From Octopus bimaculoides (taxonomy: Eukaryota), in contig NC_068983.1 of assembly GCF_001194135.2 (NCBI RefSeq), positions 164,583,283-164,618,768 on the forward strand: a DNA stretch of 35,486 nt, given 5' to 3'. The notes below the pieces were generated by a model that saw only the letters and a list, made by a program, of their open reading frames with translations, was not told the DNA's origin and did no database searches. Positions 1-8,455 of the stretch are shown in pieces (positions within the stretch are counted from its first letter, which is position 1; each line of letters starts with the position of its first letter). Made by a program: the position numbers and the translations under genes.

Positions 1-93
1 TATATATACATGTATGTCTGTCTGTATGTATGTAAGTATAAACACACACACGCACACACAGATACACACAGTTCAAATTTACAGAAAACAAAA

Positions 94-197
94 AGACGAA
101 GACAGGTGAAAGAATAACAAGCAGGTATATTAGTTTAATGCTCGGGAAGGATGGAAAAGTTTCTGACGTTTGAAGCCCACGCTCTTCAATAGAAAGG
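94..197 (-). mobile_element. Decayed Penelope-like terminal-repeat fragment with relic hammerhead motif
   Basis: Minus strand reads CTTT-CTATTGA-A-GAGC-GTGG-GCTT-CAAAC-GTC-AGAA. This is hammerhead layout with a mutated core (CTGATGA->CTATTGA, GAAA->CAAA). A related 3' half (GGCTCGAAACGTAAAAG) lies at 12639-12655. Confidence 0.4.
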
Positions 198-668
198 ATT
201 TCATGAGCTTCCTTTTTGTCATCATTTAACATCCTTAAACCCCATATGCGGATCTATTAACAGCTAGTAAAGCCACTGCGTAGTTCATTCAGATATTGTT
301 GAGAGCATAATACTTGAATAAGGCTGTACAGTCAGACGTGAAGTGTGTATGTATTGAACGCTGTGGAGCACGTACAGGAGGGGCAAAGAAGTACGTGCGA
401 GCTTGGTGATTCCAAAAACGAAAAGAAATAGCAGCCGGACACACGTGACCAAGGCTGTGTGAAGAGAAAGAGTAGCAAGGGGGAAAGAAGGGGAGGAAGT
501 AGAATAAAAGTGAGCAACGAGAGGAAAAGCCCTTATTTTGTCCATTTAATGTTTCTTGAGCCATTACCTACTACCCCTAACCTATACTGCCGCACGGCAA
601 CATCAATCATATGCTAATAACTCTGTCCTCGCTCTGATCCTTAACTTACCCACACTAAACTGATTCAA

Positions 669-899
669 GGCAGCGAGCTGGCAGAAACGTTAGCACGCCG
701 GGCGAAATGCTTAGCGGTATTTCGTCTGCCGCTACGTTCTGAGTTCAAATTCCGCCGAGGTCGATTTTGCCTTTCATCCTTTCGGGGTCGATTAAATAAG
801 TACCAGTTACGCACTGGGGTCGATATAATCGACTTAATCCGTTTGTCTGTCCTTGTTTGTCCCCTCTGTGTGTAGCCCCTTGTGGGTAGTAAAAAATAA
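669..899 (+). mobile_element. tRNA-derived SINE family A, full length, tail type 1
   Basis: Head GGCAGCGAGCTGGCAGAAACGTTAG, B-box GAGTTCAAATTCC, central GTCGATTTTGCCTTTCATCCTTTCGGGGTCGATTAAATAAGTACCAG. Exact 16-bp TSD CACACTAAACTGATTC at 651-666 and 900-915. Many homologous copies in the window. Confidence 0.93.
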
Positions 900-3739
900 C
901 ACACTAAACTGATTCCATTGTTAACGCTCAACCACAGAAAATACTTCTAACACCACACGTAACTGTTGCTCCCATCTGGGGTCTACACACTTTTACGGAT
1001 ATAATTTGTATTTTTCTATATTTATATTTCACTTATTTCTATTTTACTGTTCTTTTATCTTCCGGCTATTTTTTCTATTATTCTTTATAATGTCTTATAA
1101 TGTTTTCTTTTATCCAAAAACACTGTTCAGAGTTTTGCATTTTATATTTCGTGCTACAACGTTGTATATTCTAAGGAACTGTTATTATTCTACGGAATTG
1201 TCAATAACTCTGGTTTTAACTTCAATATTTGGACATATTTGACCACTGGCATCAGATTCCTTTATTCCAATAGTGTTTTATTTCATTGTATAATCTTCTT
1301 TTCTTGTGCTTCACGAATATAAGTAATTTTTCATATTCTAAGGTCCATATTATGTGTCGATGTATATATAACTTTACGTTTTTTATTTACATTTCATATT
1401 TTCCATTTTACTCAGTATATTTATATTCTAACGCTTCACTAAAATTCTAATTTTTATCTGCAATGTTAGTGCACAATTCTGTACTAGTGTCATAACGCCC
1501 CACCCCGACACTGATCTTTGATCTTTTGTCTTATTTTGCTCAATTTCAATTGATCTCAATATTATTTGGAGATGGTTCTCGCAGTGCATAGGAAGCTGTA
1601 GATGATCGCGTGTAGGTGTTGATAGCGTGTAGGAAACCCTTTTGGACGGAAAGAATCGGGGGCTGCTGCGTCGCTAGGGATAGCCTTCAGCTTTTTCCAT
1701 CCGAACGGGATTTTCGGCCCAGTGTTTTCTATACTACAGTTTGTGGCTTTGAGTGTGCATCACGAACCATTTCCAAAAGGGGAATATTCCACGCTCTTCC
1801 GAAAGTTTATAGACCTTTGAACGTCATCAACGCTTTATTTTATTTTACTTAATTCTGACTTATTGTATTCTTCTTTCTTATGCTAATATATAAACAGGAT
1901 TTATACTTTATACTTACTTTGAGACCTTTTCTTTTCAAATATACATTCGTTGCTTTTCCTATTTCTTAAGTCTATATACATTTGACTTTTGAGAGGCACA
2001 AGATCACAGATTTATAGAGAAAGGCTGTAAAAGTGTTGTCGATCCAAGGGAATATTGAAAACCACCAAAGTCGATTATTTCCCTTTATTTTTGTTGTGTT
2101 AATAAAATAAGTTTATCCTATTTTATAATCAATACAATTAAGTGGTAACATACAAACGGATGAATGTTCAAAATACCTTTCTTTCTACGCATTAACGATT
2201 TAATATGCAGAGATACCATTATTGATTCGTTTCCGGTATCACTCAATTCTTGTTTGGCTTTGCCATATTATTCACCATTTGTCAGTAGCTGATTTTAAAT
2301 TTCAACTTGGATGGCAAATCTCTGCTACTAACTTCATGTCAATGTTAGAATTCAAAGTATGAATTACATTTCTGTAATTCTGTTACCAAACACTCGTCAA
2401 ATTATTTTAGTTGTACCACCTGCTCTTGTTTCTCTTGTTGTAGCACAGAATTCTTGTTGCAAGGAAGTATTGAGTTATGACAGTGAGTTGTGTTAGTTCT
2501 GAGATGGAGTAGTGCTATAAACGTAATGCTGCGCCGTGTAGCGAAGAAGCGCTTCACAGTAAAGTATAGCCCAGGCCTGGCATGGTTAATGCATCTTCCT
2601 GATTCAAGATGTTAGTTTATATCTCCAGGTCCCTTACGTTGTATTTCAATATTTCTAAAATAAATATTTGATTTATGGTTATTGTTCGAATTTTATACTT
2701 CAATATGGCGCTGCAAGAAGAAATACTGCCATATTTCTGCAGCTGTTCTTACAATTCCCACCGTAGAGTGGCTAATTTATCTACAACGACTTCTCATAAT
2801 CCTTGAATAATTTATTCGTGTTGATATCTTTTGTATTATTATTGTTTCAGTTGTTTTTGTTATTTGTTTCGAGGTAAGCAGAAATGTAAATTTCAACACC
2901 ACGCGCACGTTTTTGGTATTTATAGCTTCAATAAACATCAAACTATATTATTTCTAAATCTAGTAAGCGACTTCGATGTTTATCGCTAGAGCTATACAGT
3001 GTCCAAGTATATGTTTATCTAATCTCCTTTGAGTGAAAGTGCTATGATGTGTATCTGAGTATTTGTAATTGTGGAGTTATACGGAACATAGATCCACAAA
3101 CCTCTCGTATCATGTTCCAACAGTAATGAGCACGATATACGCATTTTACAGGAGATAAACTCGATCTTAAATTCCTAAACTGATACCTTCATTACAAAAC
3201 GCATCGAGGTCTGAAATAGTATTGAACCTTGTTATATAGAGCATTCCGTGTCTGCCAAGCTTGTTTTGATATTACTTCGATTAGATAACGAAACCTATAC
3301 CTGTTGTACAGTGATTACTGGTGTAGCCCTCCCCCAATTTCTTCTGGCAATCTTAAAGGATTATACATGTACTTTACTTTCTGCGTCTATAAGAATAATT
3401 ATTAAATTAAATTATTTAACTTAAATTTGAATTTTAAAGAAATGTAACAAAACAGTTTCAATTAAATCAATTTATGCTCATAAATTGTTGTCTTTTTTTA
3501 CCTCTGAGCATCCACTGTCCCAGCTGAGCTCTTTCTGCACGACAACGATATCTCTTAATTTCATCCAATCTGACACCCACCAACTCCTGCAAGTAGTCGT
3601 GAGGCTTAACCCTGCCGTACGGTCTGGCAAGGCTACCCATTGTCACTTATAAAGACCAACAAGAGTACCAAATGTTCAACATGAGACGCTTCTGGGTCTT
3701 ACTGAGCAGATATATGAGATGATGTATTGATCCTCATCT

Positions 3740-3826
3740 CTTCCCGTGAAGACACTAACTCAATGGTTTGCCAACATAGATGACCACAAAGAATTCACGA
3801 TTGAAAGAGAAGGAGAAGGAGTCTAA
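3740..3826 (+). pseudogene. Possible highly decayed Penelope-like reverse-transcriptase fragment
   Basis: Translates as LPVKTLTQWFANIDDHKEFTIEREGEG*, which recalls the PLE RT motifs WFRYIDD and IKFTxExE with the intervening part missing. The match is short and could be chance. Confidence 0.22.
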
Positions 3827-4681
3827 CGTTGCAAACGTTCAATTCAGAACACTCCAGGAATACCGGAGCCATCTTTAAAGTTCAACTCAAAATCTCAAAG
3901 TTACAGAGAGAAATAATGACATGAGCAATGTTAAACCCCGGCCTCATTGTTTTCGTTTTACGTAGCGGAAGTCTACGTCACTGTTGATTACAAAACCATA
4001 GCTGAGCTGACGCAAATTACTGCTATCTTCGTTGTTTTTTCTTGGTGAGACATATAAGGATTTTGTTTAGCATGTGTGCATATATTTGCGCGCTTCCTAC
4101 GTTGTAATTTTTTGTATACGCATTAGCATTCTGCTCAATCATCCATAGATTTTTATGGTAAATTCATATATGCTGACGGACGGAATTAGCCAAGCATGTT
4201 CCGTTCGACCAGTCCTAACTGACGATGTCTGCAGAATAGGTGAACCTAGACATCTAGTCTGGCGATTCTTGAGTCGGTCATGCGACGGTTACCTCCCCTG
4301 TTCAGCATGTGTATAGACATATTCGTGCTTCCTACAGCATTAAGATTATTTTAAGTCTTATTTCTATAGCTATGTATGTGCTTCGGCATCCTTAGTCACA
4401 CTTGGTAACGACTGAAGTTTTCCATTATGGTATCTCATAGCCCCTCTGGGCTATGAAAGGTCTTTTTATATCTTTTTATTGGACGTAATTATTCATACCA
4501 ATATTTAATTCCTGACGAAGAATCTAATTTTTATTTCACGAAGAGTTTTTGTCTTTAGAATTAATTAAGCTCCGAAACAATTTGTAGAAATTATATTGAA
4601 TCTGTACCAAGCTGGAATATGAATTAAAGATCGTCTACACCTACAATTTTTTCTTTTCCTTATACTTCAGTTATATATATA

Positions 4682-5080
4682 NNNNNNNNNNNNNNNNNNN
4701 NNNNNNNNNNNNNNNNNNNNNNNNNNNNNNNNNNNNNNNNNNNNNNNNNNNNNNNNNNNNNNNNNNNNNNNNNNNNNNNNNNNNNNNNNNNNNNNNNNNN
4801 NNNNNNNNNNNNNNNNNNNNNNNNNNNNNNNNNNNNNNNNNNNNNNNNNNNNNNNNNNNNNNNNNNNNNNNNNNNNNNNNNNNNNNNNNNNNNNNNNNNN
4901 NNNNNNNNNNNNNNNNNNNNNNNNNNNNNNNNNNNNNNNNNNNNNNNNNNNNNNNNNNNNNNNNNNNNNNNNNNNNNNNNNNNNNNNNNNNNNNNNNNNN
5001 NNNNNNNNNNNNNNNNNNNNNNNNNNNNNNNNNNNNNNNNNNNNNNNNNNNNNNNNNNNNNNNNNNNNNNNNNNNNNNNN
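4682..5080. other. Assembly gap (N run); others at 5623-5840, 16432-16540, 18455-19170, 22548-22866, 23555-23564
   Basis: Runs of N, each abutting a (TA)n tract on at least one side. Confidence 0.99.

Positions 5081-5152
<72 letters not shown>
5081..5152. repeat. (GT)n microsatellite
   Basis: Perfect GT run. Confidence 0.99.
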
Positions 5153-5155
<3 letters not shown>

Positions 5156-5878
5156 ATTATATATACAGAGAGGAGAGTAGGAGAGTGAATTTATATTTTC
5201 ATTCGGTTGGGAAACTCCACAAAATGTTACCGTTTTTACTAAACCCTTGCGGTATGAAGAATATATATAAAAGAAAAGATAACTTTTGTCAACAAAAGTA
5301 ATGAATGTTCGGGAAAAGAAAATTAATTGGAAAGAGATAAAGTTTTTAAAATGTTTGGACTGGTTAAATAATAAATGATTTCTTGTTATTTAATCTGTAA
5401 AACAAATAAAGAATAGCCGAGACGACAGGACGTGTAATTGAATATCCATTACACGAACAGCTGCAGCGTCACCTGTGAAAGCTTAATATTTAAGGAGAAT
5501 ATTATTCAATGAGTTGAGCGGAAATGGCCAGATGGATAGGGCAGTGGTTCCCAACCCTTTTATTTAAATGAGCTTTCCCACAAACCCCTTTTAATATGTT
5601 TATCCTTTTATATATATATATANNNNNNNNNNNNNNNNNNNNNNNNNNNNNNNNNNNNNNNNNNNNNNNNNNNNNNNNNNNNNNNNNNNNNNNNNNNNNN
5701 NNNNNNNNNNNNNNNNNNNNNNNNNNNNNNNNNNNNNNNNNNNNNNNNNNNNNNNNNNNNNNNNNNNNNNNNNNNNNNNNNNNNNNNNNNNNNNNNNNNN
5801 NNNNNNNNNNNNNNNNNNNNNNNNNNNNNNNNNNNNNNNNTATTGGTGGAGAACTTATTTAAAATTTACTACTGGAAT

Positions 5879-5937
5879 ACAGTACTGATGAAGGAAATTG
5901 ATTATTATCAATCATGATCTAGAAACGCGTCTACTGT
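5879..5937 (+). ncRNA. Minimal type-I hammerhead ribozyme motif (Penelope-like/retrozyme type)
   Basis: ACAGTA-CTGATGA-[stem II region containing ATTGAT/ATCAAT hairpin]-GAAA-CGCG-TC^TACTGT. It has a 6-bp stem I, an intact core, a palindromic ACGCGT stem III and a GUC cleavage triplet. The base of stem II is irregular. Confidence 0.75.
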
Positions 5938-6154
5938 TAAACATCGGAATTGGTTAGTTTTCATTGTTTTTTCTTCTTGCTTTTGCCTTTGTGAGTCACA
6001 AGTGATGCTATCTGTGGGATTCTCAGCTTTTTTAGCTGCTATTTCTGAACTTCGGTATATGGTGAAGCAAATATTTGCTGATCCCTTAATTATATATATA
6101 TATATATACATTATTTACATTTGACGGATATTTGTCCTCATCTTGTTTGTTGTT

Positions 6155-6200
6155 AACACAACGTTTCAGCTGATATACTCTCCAGCCTTCATCAGGTGTT
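6155..6200 (-). ncRNA. Minimal type-I hammerhead ribozyme motif
   Basis: Minus strand: AACAC-CTGATGA-A-GGCTG-GAGAGTATAT-CAGCT-GAAA-CG-TT^GTGTT. Stem I is AACAC/GTGTT, stem II is GGCTG/CAGCT (G.U at base), stem III is loop-less and palindromic (AACGTT), and the triplet is GUU. Confidence 0.82.
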
Positions 6201-6276
6201 TTGGAGAAATTTCCAATCTGGGTTCTCATTCCTAAGGTATTTTCGATGTTGTTGCTATTATTATTATTATTATTAT

Positions 6277-6606
6277 GTTGTTATTTTTCTTCTTTCTTCA
6301 AATTTTCTTCCATTTCTCGCCGAGTGTTTTCCGAACACCTAGGCCAGAGAAACTCGTTGTATACATTCCCAGTTTACACACGCAAATTCACAGGTAAAAC
6401 ATGTATTTAAGAAAAAAAAAATCATGAATGGATGTTGTTTTCACAGCGATAATGCTCTTCTCAGTACATGAGTCGTTCCAGTTAGCACGATTTTTTGCAC
6501 TTCCTGTAGGGATGGTAAGCCTGGTAATATTTTCGAATAGGTTTCAGTACCTTTTTTTTATCATTCCTAGAGATCCTACAATCACTGGTATGGTAGTCGC
6601 CTTGAG
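6277..6606 (-). mobile_element. 5'-truncated R4/Dong-type RLE non-LTR retrotransposon 3' end (ORF C-terminus plus 3' UTR)
   Basis: 6606->6441 translates LKATTIPVIVGSLGMIKK/GTETYSKILPGLPSLQEVQKIVLTGTTHVLRRALSL* (+1 frameshift in an A run). It is homologous to the C-termini at 30714-30900 and 31715-31814 and is flanked on both sides by (TAA)n. It is missing from the ORF track. Confidence 0.85.
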
Positions 6607-6705
6607 TTATTATTATTATTATTATTAATATTATTTTTATTATTATCAATATTCAGGTCACTGCCTGGAATCGAACTCAGAAGCTTGGGGTTAGTGGCCC
6701 GCACT

Positions 6706-6753
6706 CTTAACCACTACGTCATATGCCCGTGGGCATATGGCGTAGTGGTTAAG
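6706..6753. repeat. 23-bp inverted repeat from head-to-head SINE 5' ends
   Basis: CTTAACCACTACGTCATATGCCC-GT-GGGCATATGGCGTAGTGGTTAAG, one mismatch. Confidence 0.92.
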
Positions 6754-6774
6754 TATATATATGTATATCTTTTA

Positions 6775-6960
6775 TTCTTTTATTTATTTCATTTGACTGC
6801 GGCCACGCTGGAGCACCGCCTTCAGTCAAACAAATCGACCCCTGAACTGATTCTTTCTGAGCCTAGTACTTATTATATCGGTCCCTTTTGCTGAACTGCT
6901 AGGTTACGGTAATGTAAACACACCAACATCGGTTGTCAATTGATGGTGGGGGGATAAAAA
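6775..6960 (-). mobile_element. SINE-like family B copy (no recognisable tRNA head)
   Basis: Homologous to 10003-10200 (GTAAACACACCARCATCGGTTGTCAA, GTACTTATT, GACCCC). It shares the AAGTAC...GGGGTCGAT segment with family A, which gives the orientation. Confidence 0.75.
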
Positions 6961-7006
6961 GCAGTCACACAAACATGCACACACACACGCACACACATAC
7001 ACACAT

Positions 7007-7045
<39 letters not shown>

Positions 7046-7253
7046 CATGTGTGAAATTTTGGACTCCAGTACTACCTTTGCGGAACACCAGGGGTCCGCG
7101 GTCCCAGGTTGGGAACCACTGGAATAGGGTGTTGACTGTTTATTGCAGCTTCAAATTGACGAGTGTAAATCTACTGTAAGCGCCTCGTAACGTTAGGAAC
7201 AGGACATACTAACACTACGTTGTTTTAAATATTTTAACTGAATGGAATATCAG

Positions 7254-7462
7254 TTTCAAAGTTTGGCACAGGGCCAGCAATCTTAGAGAAGTGTTAGTCA
7301 ATTACAACAACCTCAGTGTTCAACTGCTACTTATTTTATCAACTCTGAAAGGTTGAAAGGCAAAGTCGACCTCAGCGGAATTTGAACTCGAAACGTAAAG
7401 TCGAAAGAAATCTCGCTAAGTATTTTGCTCGGCGTGTTAACGATTCTGCTTGCTCACCGCTT
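7254..7462 (-). mobile_element. SINE family A copy, tail type 2
   Basis: Reverse complement matches 669-899 and 23861-24078 (GAAAGGCAAAGTCGACCTCAGCGGAATTTGAACTC on +). Confidence 0.88.
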
Positions 7463-7740
7463 TAACTCAATGGAATATTAACCAGTATTTTCTGCGATAG
7501 AGAACCGCCTGCTATATTCTCAAAGCGGAGATAATGTAAATAAATGGCCAGAAAATAAATGACGTGATTGATATTCTCGCTTTAACAACAGGAAACAAAA
7601 TACTATTTACTGTACTTTTCGGCGTTTTCAATCTCTCACTACAAATCTTATTTTCACTCCAATTTTCCTTTAAAATAGGCCTTACCACAATCTTTTTAAA
7701 ACCTTCATAGCGAATGAATTATTATTAAAGCAACGAGTAA

Positions 7741-7960
7741 GGCGGTGAGCTGGCACAGTCGTTAGCCCGTCGAGCGAAATGTTAACCGGTATTTCGTCTG
7801 TTGCTACGTTCTGAGTTCAAATTTCGCCGAGGCCGACTTTGCCTTTCATCCTTTCGGGGTCGATAAATTAAGTACCAGCTGAACACAAGGGTCGATTATA
7901 TCGACTAGTCACCTCTCCACAATATTTGAGGCCTTGTGCTTCCGGTAGAAAGGATTATTA
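7741..7960 (+). mobile_element. SINE family A copy, tail type 2
   Basis: Full head and central domain, with tail GGCCTTGTGCTTCCGGTAGAAAGGATTATTA. Confidence 0.9.
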
Positions 7961-7973
7961 AGGCAATGAGTAA

Positions 7974-8295
7974 GGCGGTGGCGGGCAAAGCATTAACAGT
8001 CTTTCACCCATCTGTACATTCTGAGTTCAAATGCCGCAGAGGGTCACTTTGCCTGTTATCCTTCCGGTGTTGAAAGTATGATTAAAGCAGAGAACCGATA
8101 GAATCGTGTTGGGCAAAATTGTTAGCAGTATTTCTTCTGGCTCTTTGCAATCTAAGTTCAAATTCCGCCGAGGTCGACTTTACTTTTTGCCTTTTGGAGA
8201 TCGATAAAATAAAGTATCAGTCAAGAACTGGTGTGAATGTAATCGACTTGCCCTTCCCCCTCTAAAATTGCTAGACTTGTGCTTAAACGTGAAGC
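7974..8295 (+). mobile_element. Two further degraded tandem family A copies (about 7974-8070 and 8085-8295)
   Basis: CTGAGTTCAAATGCCGC... and CTAAGTTCAAATTCCGCCGAGGTCGACTTT...GATCGATAAAATAAAGTATCAG motifs. Confidence 0.8.
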
Positions 8296-8455
8296 CATTG
8301 CCACAACCTCTACAATTTTATTACTACTACAAAATAGCGGGAGCAGATTTGCAACGGTTAGAGCGTTAATCAAAATAGTCTTCTTTGGATACGGCTATTT
8401 ATGTTTTTACTTTATTTGCGACGACCGTTTTGCTAACCTTTATAAATACTTGCCT

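Larger units (their letters stand above)
6107..6728 (-). mobile_element. Composite SINE-like element: tRNA-like head (6654-6728), (TAA)n linker, hammerhead-containing tail (6107-6255); split by a Dong-like insertion
   Basis: Head GGGCATATGACGTAGTGGTTAAGAG...GAGTTCGATTCCAGG has A- and B-box-like motifs. TAA tracts lie at 6256-6276 and 6607-6626 on both sides of the insert. The tail carries the hammerhead at 6155-6200 and ends at a (TA)n run. Confidence 0.65.
5542..7121. mobile_element. Non-autonomous hAT (Charlie-like) DNA transposon expanded by nested insertions
   Basis: Perfect 15-bp TIRs CAGTGGTTCCCAACC (5542-5556) and GGTTGGGAACCACTG (7107-7121). The 8-bp flanks GGATAGGG (5534-5541) and GAATAGGG (7122-7129) match 7/8, and 8-bp TSDs are the hAT hallmark. 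The element spans an N-gap. Confidence 0.8.

Noticed and set aside
6654-6728. Bona fide tRNA genes (also 24640-24715, 28935-29007, 35260-35325)
   Set aside because: The acceptor stems do not close and each continues into repeat body sequence. These are SINE heads.
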